Notes: a model not told the origin generated them from the letters alone. 62,927 nucleotides of DNA, filler included, from Octopus bimaculoides (GCF_001194135.2; 8 parts of 6 records of this genome joined end to end with filler, not necessarily neighbours in it); one strand, 5' to 3'; positions 12,140 through 26,473 are shown, counted from the whole stretch's first letter. Numbers and translations: made by a program.

Positions 12140-12930
12140 AAGCGCTATTATTCGCAAAAAAGTAACTTCAACCTCACTAGAGACGAAATAGTTATGATTG
12201 CAGCGGCTATGAGTACTGCAGTAGAATATAGAGGCGAACTTTGGACTCGACCAGAGAGGGAAGATGCATTCAACATAACAATGGGATCTAGCGACTCAAC
12301 ACAAGTAATGGATATAGTAGGAATATACTTATTATCACAAAGAGAATCTAGGTTCCCGAACTTAGTGGGTAGGGGATTATACAGAGATGACGCATTATTT
12401 ACAGTACACAGAAGTAGTAACGTAGGAATAGTAAGATGAAAGAAAAAACTTATTAAATTCTTTAAAAACTTCAGATTGGAAATAGAAATAGAAAAAATTA
12501 TAGTGTTGTAAAATTCCTGGATGTAAAGCTTAGCATCAACGATGGAAAGTTCGAACCGTTCCGTAAGCAAAATGAAAACTTAAAATATGAGAGCTACAGA
12601 CTCACGCATTTTCAATTCACAAATAAAATCCAAAATAGGTCAGGAATTCTTCTCGGCGTTAGACAAGCACTTCTCTAAATCTAACAAATACCACAAGATC
12701 ATCAACACACATAATGTGAAATTAGCATAATCTAGAATACACAAATTAAATAACACAAAACTCAATAAGAAAAAAATAAAGGGGGGGCTAACGGAAAAAC
12801 TGTAGATCAAAACAAAATACTTCTTTATTGAGGCAGGACCTGCTGTGACTAAGGTCAAACCAATGAACTACACTACCTATCCCAACGTGTGCACACACAA
12901 ATATCAAAACAAGTATAGCCTCACCACACT
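12140..12930 (+). mobile_element. Penelope-like element, RT remnant with deletions
   Basis: FNITMGSSDSTQVMDIVGIYLL...GLYRDD, FLDVKLSINDGKFEPFRK, and IGQEFFSALDKHFSKSNKYHKIINTHNVKIS (PLE RT and linker motifs). Confidence 0.85.
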
Positions 12931-13278
12931 CTTCTCTCGTTTAGCATTACCATTCCTTTCTTTTCATCACCTTCTATTCTTCCCTACCAAATACACACAG
13001 AACTGCCCACATATTCCAATGAACCTTTTGATTGGTGAAAACTGATTAACATCCTTTGTTACTTCCAACTTTAATGCCATATCGTCAGATGAAATGAATG
13101 CATGAACTAAGATTCACATGATGTCCATGAATATTACGGATTGTACTCTAATTATCCCAAGGATATGGGCTATGATTGTAAGAAGCATGTGATTTGTAGA
13201 AAGGCGCGTAGAGTGGGATTAACATATTTATAAATTCCATCCATTATTATTATTATTATTATTAATATTATTATTATT

Positions 13279-13337
<59 letters not shown>

Positions 13338-13449
13338 TATTATTATTATTATTACGATATCTATCCTAAAATACGTTTCCTGTAAAGAAACTTCAAGGAT
13401 ATGTGCCCGCGTGTGTACTTGCGTATGTGCGTGTATTGCGCGTGTATGT

Positions 13450-13640
13450 CTTTGTGCTTGTGTTTGTCACCCACCTACTGATAACTGGTATTGGATTGTT
13501 TGCGTCTCCACGACTTAGCGGTTTGGCATAAGAGGCAGAGAGAATAAGTACCGGGCTAGAAAAAGAAAAAATTAGTACTGAGGTCGATTCGTTCGATTAA
13601 AACCTTTTAGGGTGGTGCCCTAGCATGGCTCAAGTAAAAG
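13450..13640 (+). mobile_element. SINE family A, 3' part, diverged
   Basis: CTTAGCGGTTTGGC...GAATAAGTACC...GGTGGTGCCCTAGCATGG..CAAGTAAAAG. Confidence 0.75.
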
Positions 13641-13754
13641 TTAATTAAAATAAACGATTCAAAATATAACTACCAGAGGTCAGTGCCGTTTCAGCAGCAT
13701 TATAAACTCCAGGACAAATGACTGTACTGGGTCCTTATAATGCTTATTTATTGA

Positions 13755-13961
13755 TTTCAAATTTTTTGCACAAGGTCAACGATTTTGGTGGAGGGGACAA
13801 GATGATTAAGTATCAGTGCTCAACTGATATTTATTCTATCACTCCCAAAATGATGAAAGGCGAAGTTGACCTCGGCAGAACTTGAATTCAGAACGTAGAC
13901 AGACGAAACGCCGCTAAGCATTTTTCCCGGTGCGATAACGATTCTGCCAGCTCACCGCCTT
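13755..13961 (-). mobile_element. tRNA-type SINE family B
   Basis: Minus strand: GGCGGTGAGCTGGCAGAATCGTTA...CTGAATTCAAGTTCTGCCGAGGTCAACTTCGCCTTTCATC...AAATTTGAAA. Confidence 0.85.
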
Positions 13962-13970
13962 AATAATAAT

Positions 13971-14182
13971 GGTTTCAAATCTTAGCACAAGGCCAGCATT
14001 TTTGAGGGAGTTGACAAGTCAATTACATCGGCCTCAGCGCTCGACTGGTACTTATTTTATCGATTCCCGAAAGGATGAAAGGCAAAATCGACCTCGGTGG
14101 AGCATGAACTCAGAACGTAAAGACGGACGAAATGCCGCTAAGCATTTTGCCCAGCGTGATAACGATCTGCCAGCTCGCAGCC
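13971..14182 (-). mobile_element. tRNA-type SINE family B, tandem second copy
   Basis: Same motifs as 13755-13961, separated only by (TAA)3. Confidence 0.85.
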
Positions 14183-15696
14183 ATCATAGTATTTATTTAT
14201 TGACAGCATGCCACGGTATACATAGATCAGAACTGGGCATCTATGCTGGTGAGGCTCTCGGGTAACTGCCCTGTGTGCCTATTCCTTAAAATAGCACAGC
14301 CAAAAGCTACTTTTTTTCTGGAAGAATGCTTGGAAATAAATACAAGAATAGGCACAACAAGGAGAGGAGGAGATACAACAACAAAGAGATGTAGAGAAAA
14401 ATGAAGAAAATGAAAATTGTAGAGAAATCTCTTGCAGTTCATTAACTGTGAGAAAGTTATGTGGATCGTCGCAAAACGGATAAAGATATTTCACTAAAAG
14501 ATTTTGCTCAGCAACAAGTAGAGTACGGATGGATCTAAGAAATAAAAAAAAGTACCTATCTCTCTCAGTCTTTCTCCCTCTCATTCTCTCTCTCTCTTTC
14601 ACCCTTTCTCTCTCATTGCCTCTGTTTTTCCCTCTTTTTCTACTTTCTCGCTCTGTTTTGCCTGTTCTCCCTTCTTCACTCAGAAAATATTCAGCTGTTC
14701 GTAAATTGTTGTCGCAATAGAGCATCTACGAGTCGCAACAGATCATCTCGTACATGTTATTTTCAGTAGGATCGACTGAAAGGAGGTGAAATAAAAAGCT
14801 TTTCCAAAGGATATAACATGCCGCCTGCTAACAGCATTGAATCCTAGTTCTTCCTATCATAAGACCAACAGTCAAACCACCAGTCCACGCTCCTTCGCAA
14901 GCCAATTTATAGTCCATCAGGAACTAATGAAACTAACGGTCACCAGCACTCCAAAATAAATTTAAATGTAATATGCAGAATCATGAGTTAGAGAGATTTA
15001 AACAAATACATTCTGTTTTTTTATGTGAGTATTCGTTTGTGTGTTTGCATGTATGTATGTATGTATGTATGTATGTAGGTAGGTAGGTAGGTAGGTAGGT
15101 AGGTAGGTAGGTAGGTAGGTAGCTAGGTTGGTAGGTGCATGCATACGCCAGGACGAAGAAATACTCGGTGTCCAAAGGTGCAGTAAGCCCATTGGGAATA
15201 AAGGAACGTCTAGAACAGCGGTTCCCAACTTGGTGGTCTGCAAAGGTAGTACTGGGGTCCGTGAACTAAATTCAAAATTTCAAATATATATACATAAATA
15301 CATACATACATACATACATACAACTGAGAGGTACGTTTGTACCACATTCAGAGCAATAATGGCTGGTAACTTTCTTCCAGACATTCCATTTACAACAGTT
15401 AATAGATTTTGGTGCCATAACAGAGATTCTTCTAAGAGCTAAAAGTACAGACGTAGAGCGTGAAGAGTAGGAATCACCTCAGTTAACTTTGATACGAGCC
15501 AAAGAGGATTTCTTTACGCCTTCTCTGTATTCAACTCCTCACTTCTATATTCTTCTTTCTTTTACTTGTTTCAGTCACTGATCTGCGGCCATGCTGNNNN
15601 NNNNNNNNNNNNNNNNNNNNNNNNNNNNNNNNNNNNNNNNTTAATTAATTAANNNNNNNNNNNNNNNNNNNNNNNNNNNNNNNNNNNNNNNNNNNN

Positions 15697-15745
<49 letters not shown>

Positions 15746-16397
15746 TACATATATAAATATTTATATATGCATATATATGTATACATATATATACATATAT
15801 TTATACATATATATATACACACATATATATATATGTACATGTATGTGTATATATATACATATATATATGCATGTATGTGTGTATATATGCACGTATGTAT
15901 GTTTGCATGTATGTATGTATGTATGCATGTATATATGTATGTATGCGCGTATGTATGTTTGCATGTATGTATGTATGTATTTATGTATGTACATATTTAT
16001 ATTACATATGATAGCCATACTGACTTAATCACACCTATACGCATGCATATGGTATTTAATACATACAACATGATTCACATCCTGTTTTGAACGCATTTTT
16101 ATATACTTCTTTAGCCTGCTAGTCTCTCTTTTTGCTTTTTTTGTTGGATCATCGTTTTTTTTTGGGGGGGGGGATCTTTTTTGGGGGGGCTTATTTTATG
16201 TTATCCCACCACCCAACCCCTCACTGGTCGTCTGAAAATCAAAACTTGAATTTATATATTCAGTCGACATCAGAATATTTGTATTAATGGTGCTATTAAA
16301 AAAAAAAATAATAAAAAAATTGAAAATTATGATCAGACATAATTTACGTATATACACTTAAGACGAAACTCAATAATTAATTTTTAACAACAACAGC

Positions 16398-16466
<69 letters not shown>

Positions 16467-16579
16467 GATGATGATAATGATAGTAATAGCGACAGTAACG
16501 TTAAGTATTATAACTTTGAAAAGTATTTACATTGACTGATTGAGTTTCGTTGTAGTCACTGCTGTTGTTGTCTATCCTC

Positions 16580-16775
16580 AAATGTTCCCTGATCGATCAG
16601 ACTGAAGATCAAAGAGGTACCGGCCGTACCATTCCATGTCGTCTTCATTCATTCAAACACTTTACAAGGGAGCACACTATTCAATGCGTTTCCTCAAAAA
16701 TAAAATTAATTAAATCAAATTAAATCAAATTAAGGCATGATTTGAGGAAGATATGAAGGCACTGTTTTTTTTAGA
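16580..16775. mobile_element. Interspersed repeat family G, diverged (also about 49435-49605)
   Basis: Shared motif order CTGAT..A.CAGA.CT..GAT.AAAGA...G..TGA/AATTT.AG.A.AT...CTG.T.TTT in both copies. Confidence 0.5.
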
Positions 16776-17027
16776 AATTCGGTGTACCACGTAAGAAACT
16801 CTCATTCGTTAGCTCATTATACTGAACAATTACAAATACTAATTTATCGAGGTACTGATTAGCAAGCAATAGTACGTTTTCAAGCAGATACCTGATCTAT
16901 ACCTATAGCTTACTTAGAATTTCGAGTTAGATTACTAGTGGAATATCCTCAGGAATGGCTAAAATCCTATAGAGTGAACAATGACCGTTGACAGTGTATT
17001 AAAATTATGAATACTAATAAATATGTA

Positions 17028-17232
17028 TAATATTCATAAATTGCATAATATTCATGTAATATTCATAAAGTAAATAATATTCATGAAATATTCATAAAAT
17101 GCATAATAATATTCGCGTAATATTCATAAAATGGATAATCTTGATATAATGTTCACAAAATGCATAATATTCATATATTATTCATAAATTTGATATAATA
17201 TTTATATGACATTCATTAAATGATATATAATA
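17028..17232. repeat. AT-rich minisatellite of TAATATTCATAAAA(TGCA) units
   Basis: About 10 degenerate copies of TAATATTCAT seen directly. Confidence 0.8.
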
Positions 17233-17340
17233 CAGAACGAAATAGCTTTTATAATCCACGTATTCGGAAAACTCAACATAATTTCCCTATGTATAATGAA
17301 TAGCCATTTTTACTTAATGAATATAATAAATATGTACATG

Positions 17341-17400
<60 letters not shown>

Positions 17401-17644
17401 TATATGAAGGGTCATATACACGTATATAATAGTACTTTTAGTCATAGGGCTAGGGTATGGGTAAACTCTGCTCAACACGTTTGAGGAAAAAGTTTTTAAT
17501 TTTATATTGCAGAGTTTATTTACAACATTGCAAAACGTCTCATCAAGAGAACGGCGAAGCGACTTCTAAATTCATCAGTGCTTTCAGGGAACATCGCATA
17601 TGATAAAAGTAAACTTTGTATCACAGAATATATATATATATATA

Positions 17645-18909
17645 CAGAGTGCGATGGGTAAATTGTCGCCATTTTATATCTTTAATTTCGCGCATGCACA
17701 TTGTATTTAATTTTGTCGACTATACAGTATACTAGGGTCAGATGGGCACCGTTTATGAGAAAAACAGCACCATGACACAATTCACTCTGCCAGATATTTA
17801 GAAACGAGTTGCTGTAATGTTTGGCATTCGCGCCGGAAGCTCCAATGTGAACATTTCACAGTGTTTGGGTGCCAATCTGAGAACAGTGCAGAGGATTCGG
17901 AAAGAGTTGGATGAGTCTAATGGTGATTACGAAGGTACGGCAGCTCGCAAGACTCACTCTGATCATTCTGATAAGAAAAGAACTCCTGAATTTGTTGGTG
18001 AGATCCAGACCATGATTGACAACGATACCCCCAACTCAATCAGATCCATTGCCAGGGACATGGGAGTGTCTGAGTTTCTTATCAGGCAGTGAGTGCATGA
18101 AAACATTCGGTATTCCTCATACGAGATGAAAAAGGGTCAATTTTTATCCCAAGCCGTCAAGGACAAGAGGAAAGACTGCGCTACGAAACCTTTAAAGAAA
18201 CTCAAGCATCCCCTCCGACCGAACATGCTTTGGTTATTCTCTGACGAGAAAAATTTCTGGCAGGGTCAGATGGTGAACTCAAAAACAACCGTTGGTTTGC
18301 TGTGTCCTCAAAACATATACCAAGAGTGATAAAAATCAAACATCCAATCAACATCATAGTGTTTGGAGTGATCACTAGCGATGGTCTCAGACTTAACATG
18401 AAGGCCTACATCAGGTGCCTGGTGGATGTAGTTTTGCCCTGGGTCAAGAGGGTGGCTGCTAGTAGACCCTATGTCTGACAACAGGACTCTGCACCGTGCC
18501 AAACAAGCAGGAGAACCTAGTCATGGCTGTCTGACAATTTCTGAGACAACATCATCCGTAAAATCTGGCCACCTAACTCCCCAGACTGCAACCCCTTGAT
18601 TTTTATATGTGGGGCGCATTTGAGCGAGAGACCACCAAAACTCCTTGTAACACCAAAGATGAAATGAAGTCAAGGATTATAGCAGTATTCACCAACTTAA
18701 ACAAGGAGACCGTCTAGAAGAGTTGCAGGAGATTCCGAAGTCGTCTGAAAGCCGTGGTTGAAGCCAATGGCGATTTTATTGAATAAATTTACTCCTTACT
18801 ATTTCAAAATATTTTTATGTAATTTTGGTAAATATATCTGTTAAACTGAAATGTCAGTGCTCCTTTCCCTTTTGCGTAATTTAGGGTTCAATTTATTCAC
18901 CGCATCCTG
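17645..18909 (+). mobile_element. Full-length maT/DD37D (Tc1/mariner superfamily) element, inactivated
   Basis: Flanked by TA. Imperfect TIRs CAGAGTGCGATGGGTAAATTG / CAGGATGCGGTGAATAAATTG. Transposase has FSDEKNF, QQDSAP and WPPNSPDCNP(L)D, with 37-residue D-D spacing once a 1-nt deletion is restored. Several stops. Confidence 0.88.
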
Positions 18910-19380
18910 TATATATATATGTATGTAACGGTGTAACACTAAAGGAAATAGANNNNNNNNNNNNNNNNNNNNNNNNNNNNNNNNNNNNNNNNNNNNNNNN
19001 NNNNNNNNNNNNNNNNNNNNNNNNNNNNNNNNNNNNNNNNNNNNNNNNNNNNNNNNNNNNNNNNNNNNNNNNNNNNNNNNNNNNNNNNNNNNNNNNNNNN
19101 NNNNNNNNNNNNNNNNNNNNNNNNNNNNNNNNNNNNNNNNNNNNNNNNNNNNNNNNNNNNNNNNNNNNNNNNNNNNNNNNNNNNNNNNNNNNNNNNNNNN
19201 NNNNNNNNNNNNNNNNNNNNNNNNNNNNNNNNNNNNNNNNNNNNNNNNNNNNNNNNNNNNNNNNNNNNNNNNNNNNNNNNNNNNNNNNNNNNNNNNNNNN
19301 NNNNNNNNNNNNNNNNNNNNNNNNNNNNNNNNNNNNNNNNNNNNNNNNNNNNNNNNNNNNNNNNNNNNNNNNNNNNNNNN

Positions 19381-19422
<42 letters not shown>

Positions 19423-19482
19423 TATATATTTAATATATATTATATATACATATATACTTATATATGCGTGTGTGAATGTATA

Positions 19483-19515
<33 letters not shown>

Positions 19516-19628
19516 ATGCATATACATAGTACATGCATTTATGCACATACATCGGTATAAAGAGACAGACAGACAGATCCACAAACAGACAAACACACAA
19601 ATAGATAGACAGACAGACAGACAGACAC

Positions 19629-19720
<92 letters not shown>

Positions 19721-21147
19721 GTAATCAATGTGTCTCTCGAATATGACACATAGTATAAATAATGTCTTCTGCATACTATTTTAGTATATTTAAATAATTT
19801 TTCTAACATGTATTTTGAATATTCAATAATATTGAGCAGAATGTAGATGAAGTAAAGAAAGATAGAAAGAAAGAAATTTAAATTATTAATTTTCGGTGTA
19901 ATATTTTACAGCTAGAATGAGAGTTTGTGAGAGTACTGTGATATTTATTACAAGAATTAAATAAAATTGACATTCAGTACTGAGATATAATACAAAGACG
20001 AAATATTGAAAGATGCTTTCATAAGGACAACCAATCCTTCAGCTCTATGTATGTATGTATGTATGTATCTGTGTATGTATTATGATGTAAACATGTATGC
20101 ATATAAAGATGTATGAGTGTGTGTGTCGAAACTGTGATGATTTTAGTCGATAACTGATGATAAAGTGAGCGCCTCCATGTCCGTATTGAATTTTTTATTA
20201 TATGTTCCTTTGTTTTTCTATGTTACTTGATGTCCTCCTGCACCACATTTCATTATTATCATTAGTAATATCATTATTATTTCTATTATTATTATCATTA
20301 TTGTTGTTGTTGTTGTGTTTTGTTATTATGCTGCTGATGATGCTATGTTGTTATTACATGTATATGTATATGTGTGCGTTTGTATGTGTGAGTGTGCATG
20401 TGTGTGGATGTATGTATGTGTTTGTGTGTGTGTGTTTGTTTGTGTGTATGTGTGTGTGTGTGTGTGCGTACGTGTGTGTGTGTGTGTATGTGTGTGTGTG
20501 TGTGTGTGTGTGAATGTTTGTATGTATTTACAAGGTGGAAATCTACCTANNNNNNNNNNNNNNNNNNNNNNNNNNNNNNNNNNNNNNNNNNNNNNNNNNN
20601 NNNNNNNNNNNNNNNNNNNNNNNNNNNNNNNNNNNNNNNNNNNNNNNNNNNNNNNNNNNNNNNNNNNNNNNNNNNNNNNNNNNNNNNNNNNNNNNNNNNN
20701 NNNNNNNNNNNNNNNNNNNNNNNNNNNNNNNNNNNNNNNNNNNNNNNNNNNNNNNNNNNNNNNNNNNNNNNNNNNNNNNNNNNNNNNNNNNNNNNNNNNN
20801 NNNNNNNNNNNNNNNNNNNNNNNNNNNNNNNNNNNNNNNNNNNNNNNNNNNNNNNNNNNNNNNNNNNNNNNNNNNNNNNNNNNNNNNNNNNNNNNNNNNN
20901 NNNNNNNNNNNNNNNNNNNNNNNNNNNNNNNNNNNNNNNNNNNNNNNNNNNNNNNNNNNNNNNNNNNNNNNNNNNNNNNNNNNNNNNNNNNNNNNNNNNN
21001 NNNNNNNNNNNNNNNNNNNNNNNNNNNNNNNNNNNNNNNNNNNNNNNNNNNNNNNNNNNNNNNNNNNNNNNNNNNNNNNNNNNNNNNNNNNNNNNNNNNN
21101 NNNNNNNNNNNNNNNNNNNNNNNNNNNNNNNNNNNNNNNNNNNNNNN

Positions 21148-21183
<36 letters not shown>

Positions 21184-21203
21184 CGTGTGTATATGCATTT
21201 TCG

Positions 21204-21265
<62 letters not shown>

Positions 21266-22839
21266 TGACCATATGTGTACACGTATAATACGCATATATA
21301 TTTATATATATACGCATATATGTTTTGTGTGCGTGTCTGTGTGTTTGCGTGTGGGGATTGATGGCTAGTTATGAGCGCGTGCTTGTGCATATATATTAAC
21401 CGAGAACGAGTGGTGTGAGAAATTGCATAGATGGACGTACATAAACACAGACACAAACGCACAAACGCAAACAAATATGTACACGCATATACATACACAA
21501 ACACATAGTCAAACACACACACACACACACACGTACACATATGCGCGCGCGCACCCACGCACACACATACACTGCTGCCATATGGTCGGATACATCCAAT
21601 GTTCCCTTGTTAACAATGAGGTCCGGTGTTCAACTGCACTTCATGGCAACAAGGACAAATATCGTTTTCAAACATCACTGTTTGACCCATAATTTGCGGG
21701 TTAAATTGGGGTAGACGTAAATGTATAGAAGCTTTTCGGGTGGATGATAATTATAATTCAAAAGGTACAATTTTGTCGCAAGTTTTTATCACACTAAATT
21801 TGCCTAAGTATTACGTTACGGATAAACGTAACATTGAAATACCTAACCTCTTCAACGTAAATCAGGAGCACGTAGTCAGTTGAATAACACAACTGAATCA
21901 TCCTCACCGAAAGACGGAGATTCACTACTGCTTGTGTGTGTGTGAGTTTCTGTTTCTGTGTGTATCTCTGTGTGTGTATGTATGAGTGTGCGTTTCCGTG
22001 AATGTATGTACGTGTCCCTCTTTTAATACATTCAAATATATAATATCTATTTACATTTTTATTGGCATGTGTGTCTTTGGGAATTAATAATTATATTATT
22101 GGTCAAAATGAGTATATAGCGACATAATGATGTGCATATATANNNNNNNNNNNNNNNNNNNNNNNNNNNNNNNNNNNNNNNNNNNNTTAATTAATTAANN
22201 NNNNNNNNNNNNNNNNNNNNNNNNNNNNNNNNNNNNNNNNNNTATATATATACAGTTTGTATAATGTAAGCGTAGCAATCAACATGAATTCTGACAGAGA
22301 ATAAAACGAGTAGCTCAAATTTATTCAAATATAACATTACATGTGAAAAGCAAAGTTCTTGAATGACAGAATTTCTCAAATATGTTTTCTTTTTTGTTTC
22401 TTTCTTTTTTTGCTTATATGACTATTTGCGTTACGTAACATTCACTACATCTCTTTTAACAAATCAAATCCCTTGCTGCAGTTTACTCGATATGCTTTAT
22501 ACGTTTCAACAAGTCACATGTATTGTTTTGTTTCTGTTTCAGAAATATCCGACATGTGTATAAAACACGTTGATGTATGAGTTGTGGTTCATGATTATAT
22601 AAAATTGTACACGAGATGGTAGGCTGTGATTCTCAAATAAATAACTGCAGTATTATCTACTTTATATCTGTTTCACGTATTTTCGATTTACGATGTGTTC
22701 TACATAAATGATACCGTTCTTCGTGTCTGACGATGATGGGGAAGAGCGGTTACCTACGTGCAGAGCTGAGGCTGTAAGTGAGCGTCAGTCCTTCTCAGCC
22801 GAACACCAAGGAGACAAAACATAACACCACACCTCAGCT

Positions 22840-23440
22840 CAAAACACTACTGTATATATCAACTCACAACCCTAGAAACAAGGAGGCATACAACACTATA
22901 GTGTAAAATCTTCCTTTACTAACTAGAGACCCCCAAAAGGAACAACATCCTGAAAACACATAGATTCATCAAATGCAAAAAGCAACACAAATCGCTGAAG
23001 AGACTTCTAACAAATACGAAACTTTACACAACAACCTCGAAACCAACAGTCAAAAAATGTGGACGCCAAACTTGCTCCAACCTATTTGAAGGCTCGGATT
23101 TCCTTTGCAAACAAGGAGAGAGGTTCACAATTAAAACCAGCTTCACTTGTGCTTCTGAGAATCTAATTTATGTAATAACCTGCTCGGGTTGTGGACATCA
23201 TTATATAGGACAGACGAGTATGACATTGAGAGGGAGAGCCACTCTGTATAAAGAGCAGATCCGGTTACCGCCATACAGACCGATTCCTTTAAGTGAACAC
23301 ATAAAGAGATGTGCAGGTAACATCAAACCAAATTTCACAGTCTTCTCTTTACACCAGTGCAAATATACAATTTCTGTACAATAACGTTTAAATAAAGAAA
23401 ATTTATTCACTAAAAATACAGAACACGTCTAAATATGCAC
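22840..23440 (+). mobile_element. Penelope-like element, GIY-YIG endonuclease with Cys-rich linker
   Basis: STHNPRNK...NLPLL...KSLKRLLT, then FTCASENLIYVITCSGCGHHYIGQTSMTLRGR...IPLSEHIKRC. Confidence 0.85.
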
Positions 23441-24214
23441 GCATAACTAACTTTGATCTCTATACATATTTTTATTCACGATTACATACATATTTCTCCC
23501 CACTACTGTAGATTTTGAATTTTTGTGTATATTCCCCCACCCCCGAAAGATGAACAATTATCTCCCCTGTCCACAATTATAACGATCACCAATTATCTCC
23601 CCTTAGTTTTTTCTGCTTGTTGAGTCATTCATTCATAAACTCCACACATGGACAAACAAATTTTTCTTATGAAAATACGTAATTAAAATAATTTTAATAT
23701 CATGATTAGCGAAAGCGAAACCGTTCGACAAACAATATAAAATGTATTATAAAATGTATCACGTGACCAAACAGGCTATTAGATATTGGTACACATCACT
23801 GATGACAATGCGCTTTGGACTGTTTTAGCCTTCGAAAGAAGTCACCCCTCTGGCTAGGGGAGCAGGCCAACTTCTACCCCCACCCCACCCCGCCCCCCAC
23901 ATGATCAAAAGGGAGACTGGAGCAATGTGAAATGAAGTGCTTTGCTCAAGAACACAACGCAACGTCTGGTCAGGAATCGAAACCTCGATTCAAATTTTGC
24001 AGGTCCCTAACGGAAACTATCTCCTCAGGCCGATGGAATAACGGAATCTAGGAGTAATACATGTAAATCCGAATAAATGTGGTGAGTGCACTTTTCTGTC
24101 GTTTGTCCACTCACTCTTATATATATATATATATATACATATAAGATGTGTGTGTGTGTGTGTGTATTCTATTTTTACATAAACACACATATTCTGTCAC
24201 AGATGCGTACATTC

Positions 24215-24415
24215 ATGCGCCAAGCTAGACCGCTGAACTCTACATGTTTTTTTTTTCTTTTTATCTCTATTTATTTCCTCTCGTTCCTTTCTGTTGAAGA
24301 GCGTAGGCTCGAAACGTTAAAGACTTTTTCATCTTCCAGAGCGTCAAACTAATACACCTGCTTGTTGTTTATACACCTGTCTTCGTCTTTTGTTTTTCTA
24401 TATATTTCAACTACT
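24215..24415 (+). mobile_element. Short non-autonomous repeat carrying a degenerate hammerhead-like motif
   Basis: CTGTTGA-A-GAGC-GTAG-GCTC-GAAA-CGTTA at 24291-24319. Hammerhead position A6 is U. Confidence 0.45.
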
Positions 24416-25069
24416 TATATATGTGTCTGTATTGTGACATAAACACGTGAATATGTATATGTATGTGAAAGACTGTCGATGTTTCTATGTATGTGTGTGT
24501 ATATGTGTGTGTGAGAGAGGGAGACAGAGAGAGACAGAGAATGTGTGTTTGTATGTGTTTGATCGAAAGACACCTGGCCACCGCTTCATAGTTGAACCGT
24601 TTCTATGCTCTAAAGGATTCTTTGTTTAATATATAAGAGCGAGCACCATCCGCTTATTATGTTAAAGGAGCAAGCACTACAACTCTGTAGCTTTGTATTT
24701 TCGACTATTCAGAGTGTTATCCATAATTTTAAGGTTATTCAGTGGGGCGATATGTGAGTGGTTTTACATTAAAAAAAAAGGTGCCACAAAGAATGGAATC
24801 GACAATTGGTTTCTATTACAGGTTACCATTAGAGATGGATATAAACATGTGACAAACTAGTCGCAATCATATATCCATCCCTAGAGTGGTGCATTTTACT
24901 GATCTACATTAATTACTAACACTCAAAAGTTTCATGCCATCGATTCAAATCTGATGCAGACATCATATGTGCGTATATACATATATACGCACACATCCAA
25001 AGACACGCACAATAAAAGCATAGATGTGCATACAAATACATATGCACATTTATATGTATGTATACCCCC

Positions 25070-25137
<68 letters not shown>

Positions 25138-25494
25138 CACACACACGTATAGATATATGCATATATAATTATGCATAAATAGGCAAACATACATATTTAT
25201 ATATGTAAATATAAATATGTACCACTGCATAGAATAACCATTTGGATGTATGTCACATCATCTTATATATTCTGTTTCATTCGTTTATTTATTAATTTTT
25301 TTTATTTGGATCCGATTTCATTCCATTGTTCCGCAAATCCTGTTTTGTTTTGTAATCTCTCTCGTTCCCTCGTGGGCAATATATATAAATAAATAAATAA
25401 AAATCATTATTGTTAACTTACACCGTTTTTTTTTATACATTTGTAATTTATCTTCGTAATTTTCCTCAAACCAACACCCATGTGGCTACAAAAC

Positions 25495-25526
<32 letters not shown>

Positions 25527-25556
25527 ATCATCATCGTCATCATCATCATCCTCATC

Positions 25557-25615
<59 letters not shown>

Positions 25616-25617
25616 CA

Positions 25618-25681
<64 letters not shown>

Positions 25682-25715
25682 GATAGTTATCATCATCGTC
25701 ATCATCATCATCATC

Positions 25716-25765
<50 letters not shown>

Positions 25766-25806
25766 CATCATTATTATTATTATTATTATTATTATCATTA
25801 TTATTA

Positions 25807-25876
<70 letters not shown>

Positions 25877-25895
25877 CACCATTATAAACGTTATT
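25495..25895. repeat. (ATT)n array with an internal ~160-bp duplication
   Basis: ATAGTTATCATCATCGTCATCATC occurs at 25521 and 25683. Confidence 0.9.
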
Positions 25896-25964
25896 AGTAT
25901 TGTTATTATTACAACCACTTATAGTTGTATTGTTAATACTAAACCTATTATTGTTATTAAATGC

Positions 25965-26019
<55 letters not shown>

Positions 26020-26020
26020 A

Positions 26021-26079
<59 letters not shown>

Positions 26080-26381
26080 ATAGTAGTAGTAGTCTCCAGC
26101 ATCATTGTTTCCATCGCCTCAATTTCATGGTATACCGGATATTTGTTCCTTTTCTTTAGAAAAAAATTCATTGGAATTGGTAATCTTGTGTCCCAACAGA
26201 TTTTTCAGATTTTCCTCCACATTTCTGAAGTTGTGTGGTGGTGTAGAATGGAATAACAACAAAAGCAAATTGTGATTTTTGCGTTCAAATAACAACCTAT
26301 CAACTATATTTTCCTTTATATCCCTCCGGGGGTTTGTACCCGTCTATCGGTCATACCGTGGTTCTTGCAACAATATAAGGA

Positions 26382-26425
<44 letters not shown>

Positions 26426-26473
26426 CATTTCTACTACTACTACGACTACTACTACGACTACTACTACTACTTA

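Noticed and set aside
13755-14182. tRNA-like heads in SINE families A, B and F as possible tRNA genes
   Set aside because: Only degenerate A/B boxes; no cloverleaf or anticodon arm could be folded, and each continues into SINE body sequence.
17028-17232. Spaced TAATATTCAT repeats as a CRISPR-like array
   Set aside because: Units are contiguous and degenerate, with no unique spacers and no cas genes; a eukaryotic minisatellite.
23700-23830. Hammerhead-like words after the Penelope fragment (CATGATTAGCGAAAGCGAAACCG; CTGATGAC...CGAAAG)
   Set aside because: Core or stem II is broken in both; at most decayed pLTR relics. Similar failures occur at about 46690 (-), 55765 and 57569.
25410-26171. 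Poly-Ile, poly-Asn and poly-Ser ORFs (also 9061-9507, 10913-11545, 30968-31546, 44524-45311)
   Set aside because: Translations of stop-free trinucleotide microsatellites, with no domain content or splice support.
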